A stretch of DNA of 64,000 nt from Candidatus Bathyarchaeota archaeon (GCA_018396815.1 JAGTQY010000003.1:69481-133480), one strand, 5' to 3'. Positions 8,337 through 18,134 are shown, numbered from the stretch's first letter. Program-made: numbers and translations. Notes: generated by a model from the sequence alone, not told the origin.

Positions 8337-9536
8337 CTATACTTCTAAATTTTTACTTAATTTAGTTAAAGGTTCAATTTTAGCTTTAAAGTTAATAATG
8401 AAAACATCCTCTACTCTTACTCCACCAATTTTTTGGTTATATAATCCAGGTTCAATTGTGAATACATTCCCTTTTTTTAATTCATCTTCACTAAAAATGG
8501 AGAGAAATGGGTGTTCACCAATTGTTAATCCTATTCCATGACCTAAAGAATGAATAAATCCTTTCTCAACTTTAAAAGAGCTTTTAATTGTTGAGTAACC
8601 TTTTTTTTCAAAGAAATCGCAAACAGTATTCATAACTTCTTTACCTTTAACTCCTTCCTTAATTTTTTCAATAGCTTTTTCTTGAGCTTCTAAAACTAAT
8701 TGATGCATTTCTTTAATTTTTTTTGAAGCTCTACCAACAACTATTGTTCTAGTTATATCAGTAAAATAACCATGCTTCTCTTGAGGGAATAAATCAAAAA
8801 CTATTGGTTTATTTAAGATTAAAAAATCTTTATCGCTACCTAAATAATGGGGTTGAGCTGATTTAACTCCAGTAGCTAAAATAAAATCTTCACTTAAAAT
8901 TAACTCTTCATCAATTAATAATTGCTTTACGTAAAGTTTAACATTTTTTACAGTTGCTTTCTTCCCCTTATATAAAAGATAATTTCCTAAAACCTTTAGG
9001 TTTGAAATGAACTCTATAGTTTTCTTCATAATTTCTTCTGTTTTTCTTGAAGCATTCTTGATTTTTTCAATTTCCTCGATGCTTTTAGTTTCCATTAAAG
9101 ACTCAAGCAAAGTTGGCGTTTTTTCTATAACAATTTGATAACCAAAATTTTTAAGCGCTTCAGTAATTCTTAATATTTTTGATGCTTCATTTTTCCCAGC
9201 TAAAATTATTCTTCCAGAAACTTTATGTTCTTCAAGAATTTTTTTAAGAAAAATTAAAAAAGCTTTTTCTGCTCCGTGACTTTTCAAAATTTCTTCATAT
9301 TTATAATCACTAAAAGTTTTAATGTTTTTTACGTTTCCTTTTTTTGCTTCAATTAAATCTATAGAATTAACAATTAATAATGGGGGTTCAAAAAGTTTCT
9401 TTAAGTATACTCCTCCTCTTGGAATAGAAGTGCCAACTAAATAATGAAACTCATGGTTACTATATGTTGAATCAGCAAAAGCTACAACTGCTTCTAAACC
9501 TCTTTTCTCCATTTCTTTATCAATATCTTGAAGCAT
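8337..9536 (-). CDS. Xaa-Pro aminopeptidase/prolidase (M24B family).
   Basis: Creatinase N-terminal fold plus an M24 C-terminal domain with metal-ligand motifs (HGYFTDITRT, HSLGHGIGL, TIEPGLY). Confidence 0.7.
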   Translation of the reverse strand: MLQDIDKEMEKRGLEAVVAFADSTYSNHEFHYLVGTSIPRGGVYLKKLFEPPLLIVNSIDLIEAKKGNVKNIKTFSDYKYEEILKSHGAEKAFLIFLKKILEEHKVSGRIILAGKNEASKILRITEALKNFGYQIVIEKTPTLLESLMETKSIEEIEKIKNASRKTEEIMKKTIEFISNLKVLGNYLLYKGKKATVKNVKLYVKQLLIDEELILSEDFILATGVKSAQPHYLGSDKDFLILNKPIVFDLFPQEKHGYFTDITRTIVVGRASKKIKEMHQLVLEAQEKAIEKIKEGVKGKEVMNTVCDFFEKKGYSTIKSSFKVEKGFIHSLGHGIGLTIGEHPFLSIFSEDELKKGNVFTIEPGLYNQKIGGVRVEDVFIINFKAKIEPLTKLSKNLEV

Positions 9537-9651
9537 AATTTATAATTACTTTTATAACTTAATTATAAAGTTCTCTTAAAATCTTAAGGATTATAAGGAT
9601 TAGAGATGTTAAAATTTAGAGAGGAAGGAAAGGAGGATTAAAAATTTTAAA

Positions 9652-11958
9652 ATGAGTGCCTTAAATATGCTTTTAACTCCAGTTAAGGAAGCTGTTAACT
9701 CTTTTGAAAGAAGATTAATTGTTTTAACTGGTGAAGAAGGAGAAAATATTGGAACTAAATTAATTGAGGAGTATTGTTCTTTAAAAAAGAATGAAGTTAA
9801 CGCGCTTTACGTTGGGGATAACTTTGAAGAAAACACCTCCAGCTTTAAACGTTTCGTTAAATTTAAATGTTTAATGGAGAAGCTTAAAGAGTTTAAACTT
9901 CAAAATACTTCTTTTAAGGAATCATTAAATGTTTTAGGTTTAACTTTTGATTTACTTATTTTAGATTTAAATGAAAATTTAACACCTAATGATATTGGTG
10001 TTTTAATTGAAGTGGTTAAAGGAGGAGGTTTAATCTTATTTTTAACTCCAAAACTTTCAGATTGGGAATCATGTATAACAACTTTTCATAAAAAACTTGT
10101 TGTTTTACCGGAGGATTACATTCGATTAAGACATATATTTGTTAAATGGTTTATTAAAAAATTAAAGGAAAGTAAAGGTGTATGGATTTATGATCCACCA
10201 AATATTTATGGAGAAGCTTTACAACCTAGCGAAATTAAAAAAACTACTAATATAGAAATTGATGAAAATATTATTTTTCCAAAACAGCTTTATGAATTAT
10301 GTGTAACTCAAGATCAAATTCAAGCCCTTTCAAGTTTTGAGAAACTTTTAGATAGAAAAGGAAAAAAAGCTTTAGTTATGATAGCGGATAGAGGGAGAGG
10401 AAAATCTTCGCTGCTTGGGCTTTCAGCAGCTGGTTTACTTTTTAAACTTGGAGCAAAAAAACCTTTATTTATTACTTTTACAGCGCCTTCTCAATCAAAT
10501 TTAGCTACTGCTCTTCAATTTGTTAAAATAGCTTTTGAAAAATTGAATGTAAAAATTAAAGAGTTTAAAGTCAATAATGAAATTTCAACTTTAAAATGTA
10601 AATATGGCGTTATAGAAGTTTTAAGTCCATATAAAGCTTTAAGTAGCCGTGGGAAAATAGCTTTTATTGATGAAGCTGCAGGTATACCTGTTCCTCTTCT
10701 TTTTAAATTTTTAAGGAAATTTAGAACAGTTGTTTTTTCTTCTACAATTCACGGTTATGAAGGTGCTGGAAGAGGATTCAGCTTAAGATTTCTTAAAGCT
10801 TTAGAAGAAAATAAATCTATTGAAACAATTAAAGTTGAATTAAAAACACCTATAAGGTATAGTATTAATGACCCAATTGAAAAATGGCTTTATAACACTT
10901 TACTTTTAAATGCTGAGCCCCCTCAAATTTCTTTACCAATTGATTTAAATAAAGTATTTTATGAAAAACCAAATTTAGAAGAATGGTTTAGTTTAAACGA
11001 GAAACCTTTAAGAGAATTTGTTGGAATATGTATTTTAGCTCACTATAGAAATAGACCAAATGATTTTGCTATGCTTGCTGATGCACCCCACCATCAAGCT
11101 AGAGTGTTAAAGCTTTCATCAGGAGAAATAATTACAGTTTTACATTTAGCTGAAGAAGGAGGTCTTCCAGATGAGCTTATAGACAAAATAGCTGAAGGGG
11201 AAGATATTCCTGGAGTTGTTATTCCAAGCTGTATAATAAAACATTATACGCCTTTAAAATTCTTTGCAAAACAAAAAGGTTTAAGGATTGTTAGAATAGC
11301 TGTTCATCCTGAACTGGAAAGAAAAGGGCTGGGCTCTAAAGCTTTAAAAAATCTTATTGATGAAAGTGAAGCTCTAGGATACGATTGGATTGGTGCAGTA
11401 TTTGGTGCGACAATTCCTTTATTAAGTTTTTGGTTGAAAAATGGGTTTACACCAATTCATTTAAGTCCATCTAGAAACATAGTCTCAGGTGAATATAGTG
11501 TTGTTGTAATTAAACCTTTAACTAGAAGAGCTTTAAAATTAACGTTAACTTTAAATCAAGAGTTTAAATTGAAACTTTTAAATTCGCTTTTCACAACTTA
11601 TTTTACACTCGATCCAAAGTTAGCTAGATTGCTTTTTAAAGGAGTTGAAGAACCAAAATTATTTAAACCGAAATTAACTAAAGTTCAAGAGAAAAGACTT
11701 TTAATGTATAGTAAAGAAGTATTAACTTTTGAATCTGCTGCAGACGCTATTAAAGCTTTATTAGACGCTCATTTTATGAGCAGCGATTCAAGCAGAATTG
11801 AAGTTACACCTGAGGTAGAAGCAGCTTTAATAGCTAAATGTCTTCAAGGAAAAAGCTGGAGTTTAACAGCTAAACTTTCATTAATAAATCGTGAAGAAAT
11901 AAAAGCTATTCTTAGAGAAAACATTAAAAAAATGGTGAGTTATTACGTCAAGGATTAA
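9652..11958 (+). CDS. tmcA: tRNA(Met) cytidine acetyltransferase TmcA (ac4C34 writer, NAT10/Kre33 homologue).
   Basis: 768 aa. DUF1726 N-terminus, RecD-like helicase core (GRGKSS Walker A) and a C-terminal GNAT domain, the TmcA architecture. GGAGG Shine-Dalgarno upstream. Confidence 0.8.
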   Translation: MSALNMLLTPVKEAVNSFERRLIVLTGEEGENIGTKLIEEYCSLKKNEVNALYVGDNFEENTSSFKRFVKFKCLMEKLKEFKLQNTSFKESLNVLGLTFDLLILDLNENLTPNDIGVLIEVVKGGGLILFLTPKLSDWESCITTFHKKLVVLPEDYIRLRHIFVKWFIKKLKESKGVWIYDPPNIYGEALQPSEIKKTTNIEIDENIIFPKQLYELCVTQDQIQALSSFEKLLDRKGKKALVMIADRGRGKSSLLGLSAAGLLFKLGAKKPLFITFTAPSQSNLATALQFVKIAFEKLNVKIKEFKVNNEISTLKCKYGVIEVLSPYKALSSRGKIAFIDEAAGIPVPLLFKFLRKFRTVVFSSTIHGYEGAGRGFSLRFLKALEENKSIETIKVELKTPIRYSINDPIEKWLYNTLLLNAEPPQISLPIDLNKVFYEKPNLEEWFSLNEKPLREFVGICILAHYRNRPNDFAMLADAPHHQARVLKLSSGEIITVLHLAEEGGLPDELIDKIAEGEDIPGVVIPSCIIKHYTPLKFFAKQKGLRIVRIAVHPELERKGLGSKALKNLIDESEALGYDWIGAVFGATIPLLSFWLKNGFTPIHLSPSRNIVSGEYSVVVIKPLTRRALKLTLTLNQEFKLKLLNSLFTTYFTLDPKLARLLFKGVEEPKLFKPKLTKVQEKRLLMYSKEVLTFESAADAIKALLDAHFMSSDSSRIEVTPEVEAALIAKCLQGKSWSLTAKLSLINREEIKAILRENIKKMVSYYVKD

Positions 11959-12271
11959 AACCCTTAACTTTTCCAAAGAATATAAAGAGAAGCTTTTATC
12001 TGGAGAAAAAACCTCAACTTTACGATTAAAAACATTATTAAAGAAAGGCGATTTAGTAAACATAGTGGTTGGAGGAGAAAACTTAGGTATAGCTAAAATA
12101 ATTCAAGTAAAAAAAATAACATTAAAAGAATTATCAATTAATGAAATTAAGAAAGATGGCTTCAAAAGTAAAAAACATCTTCTTAAAGCTTTAAAAAAAC
12201 ATTATCCATCAATTAACTTAACTGAGCAAACTCCCTTATACTTAATAACCTTTGCCTTCCAATCTAAGTAA
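11939..12271 (+). CDS. ASCH-domain protein (PUA-like; the family includes the ac4C amidohydrolase YqfB). No in-frame ATG, GTG or TTG before 12065.
   Basis: From the TGA at 11936, translation gives ...KTLNFSKEYKEKLLSGEKTSTLRLKTLLKKGDLVNIVVGGE...EIKKDGF.... The LSGEKTxxLR and GD...V ASCH core lies upstream of the only conventional start (GTG at 12065). The frame is +1 relative to TmcA and the two reading frames overlap at GAT-TAA-AAC. Confidence 0.5.
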   Translation, partial: VITSRIKTLNFSKEYKEKLLSGEKTSTLRLKTLLKKGDLVNIVVGGENLGIAKIIQVKKITLKELSINEIKKDGFKSKKHLLKALKKHYPSINLTEQTPLYLITFAFQSK

Positions 12272-12378
12272 GGGTTCAAAGTTATAAAATTATAAAATAC
12301 TAATACTAAAAAATTAACGCTATATTATCAGTAAATAACAAAACCGTTTTTAAAGGAGTGGGATGCACCCCAAAACTG

Positions 12379-12503
12379 TGGTGGGGCTGGCCGGATTTGA
12401 ACCGGCGATCACGTGGGTTCTCGGCTTTTAACTCCCAAGCCACGTAGCCTAGACCAGATTTGCCTCGCAGCCTTTTTAAGGCTGAGATCTAGCCGACAGC
12501 CCC
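12379..12503 (-). tRNA. tRNA-Pro(TGG) with genomically encoded CCA. It appears to carry two introns: 16 nt at the canonical 37/38 site and about 30 nt in the D-arm at 13/14.
   Basis: Perfect 7-bp acceptor stem (GGGGCTG/CAGCCCC) with discriminator A and CCA. T-arm GCCGG-TTCAAAT-CCGGC. Anticodon stem CGTGG/CCACG with loop CTTGGG-G, giving U33 and G37 as expected for tRNA-Pro. The 16-nt insert pairs TTGG with CCGA followed by a 3-nt bulge, a BHB-like arrangement. Removing 30 nt restores a canonical D-loop (AATCTGGTCTA). 76 + 30 + 16 = 122 nt, which matches the locus length. Confidence 0.6.
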
Positions 12504-12514
12504 TTCTATTTTAG

Positions 12515-12540
12515 AAGTATTAAAAGTTAGCTTTTAAATT
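12515..12540 (-). promoter_or_regulatory. Putative TATA box/BRE for the tRNA gene.
   Basis: An A/T-rich TTTTAATA/TTTAAAAG element lies about 20 to 32 nt upstream of the tRNA 5' end on the minus strand. Confidence 0.3.
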
Positions 12541-13064
12541 TTTCTTTTGAATTTTACTCTTAAAAAATATTTTACGTACGTATAATAAATATAAAACTTC
12601 GTTTGAAAATATAATTATTGCTTAAAAATCTGTTTTCAATTGAAAGTAGTAAAAAATCTGAAAAATTAAAAGGAACAAAAATTAATTGAAGCTTATTTTA
12701 AAGATAGAAAAGCTTTATGAGCAATGGTTATGCAAATCTTATGTAATGATAGAAGAACATTATAAAAGTAATAGTTTAAGCATTAGCATTAATATTCTTA
12801 CTAAATGAAGTTTTAACCATTTTTCATTCTAACTAAATGCTATAAATTTATCTTCTTCAATTAATAAAACTTAAGACGCCTGCACTTATGATTTGCCATC
12901 TCTTTAATAACTTCTTCTTCCATTATGTATGTAAAAATAAGTAATAAATTAATACTTTAAAAAATTATTTTGCGATTTAGTTTTATTTTTTGAATTGCTT
13001 GTAATTAGCTTTATCACAATATTTATAATTCACTTATTTTTCACTAAAGAGAGAGGTAAAAATA

Positions 13065-14306
13065 ATGAGAATTGTAATTATTGGTAATGGTCCCTCAGGT
13101 GTAAAAGCTGCTGAAACAATTAGAAAAATTGATGATAAATCCGAGTTAATATTAATTTCAGAAGAAAAATACTCGTTTTATTTTAGAAGGAATTTACCTT
13201 GGTTTATTGCAGGTAAATTTACTGAAGAAAAACTTACAGCTAAAAAACCTGAGTTTTACATAAAAAATGATATAAACCAAATTTTAGGTAAAACCGTAGA
13301 GAAAGTTCTTATAAAGGAAAAAGAAATTTTATTAAATTCAGGAGAAAAAATAAAATACGATAAGTTATTAATTGCTTCAGGTGCTGCACCAATAACAGGT
13401 GCTTGGATGACCCTAAACTTAAAAGGAATATTTACATTAAGAACTTTAGATGATGCTAAAGCAATTAAGGAATATATGGGGAAAGTTGAAGAAGTAGTGA
13501 TTGTTGGTGGTGGGTTACTTGGGTTAAATATGGCTGAAGTATTTTCTGAAAAAGGTTTTAAAGTTCATATTCTTCAGAGAGGTTCAAAACTTTCACCTCA
13601 AATGTTTGATTTTGAAGTTTCAAATTTTATAAAATCCAAGTTGGAAGAGAAAAATGTTGAAGTTAATCTTAATGAAGAATTAGTTGAAATTAAAGGTAAA
13701 AATGGAATCATTTCAGAAATTGAAACATCTAAAGGGCGGAGAATAAGTTGTCAACTATTACTTATAGCAATAGGTGTGATGCCAGCAATAAAGTTTCTTA
13801 AAGAAACTGAAATTAAAACTGATAGAGGTGTCTTAACAAACGAGTATATGGAAACAAATGTTCAAAACGTTTATGCAGCTGGAGATGCAGCTCAAATTTA
13901 CAATCCTTTAAAAAATCAATATTTAATTTATACTTCTTGGGCTTCAGCTTTAGAGCAAGGAGAAACAGCGGGTTTCAACATGGTTACTCAACAATGTAAA
14001 AAAAGATATATTGGAGTACCATCAAACATAGAGTTTATTTTTGGTATTCCAATAGCTTCAATAGGGTCACCGAATCCAACTGAAGAAACTAAACATAAAT
14101 TGTTACTTAAGAACGAATTAAGTAAAGGTTTATACTTAAAGTTTGTTTTAGAAAATGAAAAAGTTGTTGGTAGTTTAATTGTTGGAAAAATTGAAAAAGT
14201 GGATTTAATTAAAGAATTAATTAAACAACAAATTAATGTAGGTAAATATGAAAAAAGTCTTATTGAAGGAGAGTTTGAAAAAATATTAAATGAAGGGAAA
14301 AAATAG
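13065..14306 (+). CDS. FAD-dependent pyridine nucleotide-disulfide oxidoreductase family protein (NADH oxidase/CoA-disulfide reductase-like).
   Basis: Two Rossmann dinucleotide motifs (IVIIGNGPSG and VVIVGGGLLG) and the AAGD FAD motif. Confidence 0.7.
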   Translation: MRIVIIGNGPSGVKAAETIRKIDDKSELILISEEKYSFYFRRNLPWFIAGKFTEEKLTAKKPEFYIKNDINQILGKTVEKVLIKEKEILLNSGEKIKYDKLLIASGAAPITGAWMTLNLKGIFTLRTLDDAKAIKEYMGKVEEVVIVGGGLLGLNMAEVFSEKGFKVHILQRGSKLSPQMFDFEVSNFIKSKLEEKNVEVNLNEELVEIKGKNGIISEIETSKGRRISCQLLLIAIGVMPAIKFLKETEIKTDRGVLTNEYMETNVQNVYAAGDAAQIYNPLKNQYLIYTSWASALEQGETAGFNMVTQQCKKRYIGVPSNIEFIFGIPIASIGSPNPTEETKHKLLLKNELSKGLYLKFVLENEKVVGSLIVGKIEKVDLIKELIKQQINVGKYEKSLIEGEFEKILNEGKK

Positions 14307-14712
14307 TATGAGTGATGTTGAAATAATAAAGATTTTAAATTCAGAAAATGAAAGCGAATTAACTAGGCTAACCGCGAATATTATTAGAGTTTTAACAATT
14401 TATCATGGTGTATGTTGGAAAACAGAGCTTCCAGAAGATTTATTAAAATTTTATAAAGTTATGGGAGATGAACCTTTAAATTTAGATTTATTAGATGAAG
14501 CTATTAATTATCTTGAAGCTAAAGGTATAATCGTTACAGAATATAGAAAAAGAGGAGAAATTTTAAATAAAAACATATATGTGGATAAACTTGTTAAACT
14601 AAAAGATTTAGATACAATTCTTAAAGTCCTTCAGAAAGATGAAGTCTTTATTAAATATCGTTTTAAGAGAGCTGAAGCTATTAAAAAAGCTTTAAATCTA
14701 AACAAAGAATAA
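14290..14712 (+). CDS. Hypothetical protein. The start may be the ATG at 14308.
   Basis: ORF with coding-like composition, co-directional with and overlapping the end of the oxidoreductase gene. No recognisable motif. Confidence 0.35.
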   Translation: MKGKNSMSDVEIIKILNSENESELTRLTANIIRVLTIYHGVCWKTELPEDLLKFYKVMGDEPLNLDLLDEAINYLEAKGIIVTEYRKRGEILNKNIYVDKLVKLKDLDTILKVLQKDEVFIKYRFKRAEAIKKALNLNKE

Positions 14713-14726
14713 ACAGTAATTTATAT

Positions 14727-15107
14727 TTACACTTTTACTTTAATATCTTTTATTATGCAACTTTTTCCTTCAATAACCTCAACTTCTCTGCTTTGACATT
14801 TTAAACATTTAAGTTGAAAAATAAATTCTGTCCATTCAAAATTAACTAAAGATTCTGAATCTATAATGCTTTCATATCCACAATTTAGGCATTTCAATTT
14901 TACTGGAGTATAATTAATGTTAAATTTAGCGCCTTCAACAATAGTTTTTTCAGATAAAATTGTAAGTGAAAAAATTAATTGTTCCGAATTTAACATTGTT
15001 AAAGCTCCTATCTCTAGATTTACTTCAGTAACGCGTTTAGCATTATGTTTTTCAGCAACCTTAAGTATACTCTCTATTATAGTTTGAGCTGTAGAAAATT
15101 CATGCAT
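14727..15107 (-). CDS. hypA: HypA-like zinc/nickel metallochaperone.
   Basis: N-terminal MHEFSTAQTIIESI (the HypA MHE motif) and C-terminal CxxC...CxxC (CLNCG...CLKCQ). The probable start is the Met at 15107 rather than 15125. Confidence 0.5.
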   Translation of the reverse strand: MHEFSTAQTIIESILKVAEKHNAKRVTEVNLEIGALTMLNSEQLIFSLTILSEKTIVEGAKFNINYTPVKLKCLNCGYESIIDSESLVNFEWTEFIFQLKCLKCQSREVEVIEGKSCIIKDIKVKV

Positions 15108-15251
15108 TCTTCTTCCCTTTTTCACCTTTTAATCTTTAACCATTTTAAGATAAATCTTTATTAAAAACAATTTGTTCTCCATTCAAATCTATGTTTAAAT
15201 AATTTAAAAATTAATTTAATTTAATAAAAGCTATAATGTGAGGTTAAAATT

Positions 15252-16880
15252 TTGAACAAGTTTATTTTTGTTACTGGCGGTGTTATGTCTGGAATAGGCA
15301 AAGGAATAGCTACAGCTTCTATCGCTAAAATTCTTCAAGTAAGAAATTTCAAAGTTACTGCTGTTAAAATTGATCCATACTTAAACGTTGATGCTGGAAC
15401 TATGAATCCAATAATTCATGGAGAAGTTTTCGTTACTGAAGATGGTGGAGAAATAGATATGGATCTAGGAACTTATGAACGCTTTTTAGATATTAATTTA
15501 TCTAAAGAACATAACTTAACTACTGGAAAAATTTACTTATCTGTTATAGATAAAGAAAGGCGTGGAGAATATTTAGGTAAATGCGTTCAAATAATTCCTC
15601 ATATTACTGATGAGATCAAAACTCGAATCAGAGCTATAGCTCAAAAAAATAGTGTAGATGTTATTGTCACAGAAATTGGGGGAACTGTGGGAGATATTGA
15701 AGGGCAACCTTTTCTTGAAGCTGCTCGTCAAATGAGAATTGAAGAAGGCTTGAATAACGTTTTATATGTTCATGTTACTTTAGTTCCAGTTTTAGACGTT
15801 GTTGGAGAACAAAAAACTAAACCAACTCAGCATAGCGTGCAAGAACTAAGAAGAATAGGCATTCAACCAGATATAATTATTGCTAGAAGCAAAAAACCTT
15901 TGCTTAATGAACCTAAAAGAAAAATAGCTTTATTTTGCAATGTTGAAGAAAGAGCTGTATTCACAGCGCCTGATGTTAAATGTATCTATGAATGCCCCTT
16001 AATCTTTGATAAACAGGGAATGGGTGATTTTATTTGTGAAAAACTTAATTTACCAAAGCGAAAACCTAATTGGGCTTCATGGGAAAGAACAGTTAACCGT
16101 TTTTTAAACCCAACCTATGAAGTAAAAATAGCTTTATGCGGAAAATACGCAGAATTAGCTGATTCTTATGTAAGTGTTAATGAAGCTTTAAAACATGCTG
16201 GAGCAGCATGCGACGCAAAAGTTACAATTGATTGGATAGAAACCGAAATTTTTGAAGAAGATACTTCAAATCTTAAAATGCTTTTTCAATATGATGGAAT
16301 ATTAGTGCCTGGGGGTTTCGGTTCTAGAGGAACTGAAGGAAAAATTAAAGCTATAGAGTTTGCTAGAACAAATAATATTCCATTTTTAGGCATATGCTTT
16401 GGTTTTCAACTTGCAACGGTAGAGTTTGCAAGACATATAACTCTTAAAGATGCTAATAGCACTGAAATAAACCCTAATACGCAGCATCCTGTAGTAGATT
16501 TAATGCCTGAACAAAAAAACATAAGTTATAAAGGTGCTACAATGCGTTTAGGTGCTCATGAAATAATTATAAAACCTGGAACTTTAGCTTATTCTCTTTA
16601 TAAATCCACTTTAATTACGGAAAGGCATAGACATAGATATGAAATAAATTTAAAGTATGTCCCAATTCTTGAAAAACATGGGTTAGTTTTCTCTGGAGTA
16701 AGTAAAGATGGGAAACGAATGGAAATTCTCGAGTTACCATCCAATTTATTCCATTTTGCAACCCAATTTCATGCAGAGTTTAAATCTAGACCAGAAAAAC
16801 CATCCCCTCCATACTATGGTTTCATACTTTATGCTCTCAAGAGAAAATTAAGTTTGAAAGCTTCTGTATCACAGATTTAA
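15252..16880 (+). CDS. pyrG: CTP synthase.
   Basis: N-terminal synthetase domain ([10 protein letters not shown]) and C-terminal class I glutamine amidotransferase domain (GICFGFQ, HRHRYE). Confidence 0.9.
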   Translation: MNKFIFVTGGVMSGIGKGIATASIAKILQVRNFKVTAVKIDPYLNVDAGTMNPIIHGEVFVTEDGGEIDMDLGTYERFLDINLSKEHNLTTGKIYLSVIDKERRGEYLGKCVQIIPHITDEIKTRIRAIAQKNSVDVIVTEIGGTVGDIEGQPFLEAARQMRIEEGLNNVLYVHVTLVPVLDVVGEQKTKPTQHSVQELRRIGIQPDIIIARSKKPLLNEPKRKIALFCNVEERAVFTAPDVKCIYECPLIFDKQGMGDFICEKLNLPKRKPNWASWERTVNRFLNPTYEVKIALCGKYAELADSYVSVNEALKHAGAACDAKVTIDWIETEIFEEDTSNLKMLFQYDGILVPGGFGSRGTEGKIKAIEFARTNNIPFLGICFGFQLATVEFARHITLKDANSTEINPNTQHPVVDLMPEQKNISYKGATMRLGAHEIIIKPGTLAYSLYKSTLITERHRHRYEINLKYVPILEKHGLVFSGVSKDGKRMEILELPSNLFHFATQFHAEFKSRPEKPSPPYYGFILYALKRKLSLKASVSQI

Positions 16881-17119
16881 CTTTTTTCTTGTGGAGAAAT
16901 CGAAATGTAAAGAATGTTGCTTCCTCTAAGTACTAAGCTTCCTAGGTTTGCTGCTAACTCTCCATTTCTATATTCTTTAGCATCCTCTAAAACAATATTC
17001 ATATATCCATCGCAATTAACCATTTTACCTTCGTATTCAACACCATTTTTTAGTTTAATACATATTCTTTCATTAAGTTTTTTTAAAAGAAGATTTAAAG
17101 GTTTTTTTGAAGGCTCCAA
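16877..17119 (-). CDS. Sm-like archaeal protein (SmAP/LSm).
   Basis: 80 aa with Sm1/Sm2 motifs ([29 protein letters not shown] ... [11 protein letters not shown]). Confidence 0.75.
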   Translation of the reverse strand: MEPSKKPLNLLLKKLNERICIKLKNGVEYEGKMVNCDGYMNIVLEDAKEYRNGELAANLGSLVLRGSNILYISISPQEKS

Positions 17120-17305
17120 GTTTTTCTCCTTCCAAAAATCTGGTTTTTATGTTTTAATATAAAAATCTTTCTACACCTTTAATAATATTATAACTCCTAA
17201 AATGTTTTAACAGTATCTAATATAATTTTCTATTTTAAACATTTTAAATCTTGATAAATTAGCAGTATTTATTCTTTTAATCTTTATAAAATTAACTATT
17301 AACTT

Positions 17306-18073
17306 ATGGAGCCGTTAATTCTTACAAAACCAAATTTTAAATTAGCTGAAGAAACCATTAACAAATCTGTTTTAAAAGAAACCATCATTATAGTTGGAAA
17401 ATGCAAAGTTAATTATAAAGGTAGAGCTGAATCTACACTTGATTTTGGAGAAAGAATTATTTTAATAAAAAAAGATGGAGCTTTACTGATTCATAGGCCT
17501 ACAGGTTATCTCCCTATAAATTGGCAACCTTCAAAATGTTTTTTTCAATCTTCCTCAAATGATAAAGAGTTAAAAATTAAAAGTGTTAGAAAGGAGATTA
17601 AAGAGGAAGTAACCATAGTTTTTTCCGAAATTTCATTATTAACAGTCTTAAACTTAAAAGATGAAGGAGAATTCAGTTTGTATGCAAGCGAAGAAGATAT
17701 GAAAAAAGCCATAATTTTAAAGCCTGAATTAATTGAGGAAGGCTTTAAAATAATTGATTTTGAAAAGAAAGTTGAACCAGGATTTATAGATGTGTATGGA
17801 ATAGATAAAAAAGGGAATTTAACAATTATTGAGATTAAACGTGGAACTGCTGGAAAAGATGCTATAATGCAACTAGTGAAATACATCAATTCTGTATCAA
17901 AGTTAACTTCAAGAAATTTACGCGGTATTATTGTTGCTCCTAAACTAGTTAAAAAAGCCAGCAAACTTCTTGAAAGCTTCAATATAGAATTTAAAAGATT
18001 AAACCCTAAAATTTGTTCTTCCATAATTAAAAATGAAAAAACTGAAAGACACAGTTTAAAAGAGTGGCTTTGA
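17306..18073 (+). CDS. nucS: Endonuclease NucS/EndoMS (mismatch-specific endonuclease).
   Basis: 255 aa. N-terminal dimerisation/DNA-binding domain plus a C-terminal RecB-like nuclease with the IDVYGIDKKGNLTIIEIK (D...E.K) motif. Confidence 0.8.
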   Translation: MEPLILTKPNFKLAEETINKSVLKETIIIVGKCKVNYKGRAESTLDFGERIILIKKDGALLIHRPTGYLPINWQPSKCFFQSSSNDKELKIKSVRKEIKEEVTIVFSEISLLTVLNLKDEGEFSLYASEEDMKKAIILKPELIEEGFKIIDFEKKVEPGFIDVYGIDKKGNLTIIEIKRGTAGKDAIMQLVKYINSVSKLTSRNLRGIIVAPKLVKKASKLLESFNIEFKRLNPKICSSIIKNEKTERHSLKEWL

Positions 18074-18134
18074 ATTAACTCATTAAATATATTTATATTG
18101 ATGAGTTCATTCAAGTTTTTATTGGTAAAGCATT

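Noticed and set aside
11881-12063. 60-aa minus-strand ORF spanning the tmcA end and the ASCH region.
   Set aside because: Antisense to two sense-strand coding regions, one of which (ASCH) has clear domain homology. Phe/Asn-rich.
12504-13064. Possible integrated element or CRISPR array next to the tRNA.
   Set aside because: There are no repeats of 25 nt or longer, no spacer periodicity, no integrase or transposase ORF and no duplicated tRNA 3' end. The region is plain AT-rich intergenic DNA.
16914-17162. 82-aa ORF antisense to the Sm-like gene.
   Set aside because: Shadow frame. The Sm protein on the minus strand has clear Sm1/Sm2 motifs.
17545-18114. 189-aa ORF antisense to nucS.
   Set aside because: It lies wholly within a well-supported gene on the opposite strand. 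It has low-complexity, Ser/Phe/Ile-rich composition typical of antisense frames in AT-rich DNA.
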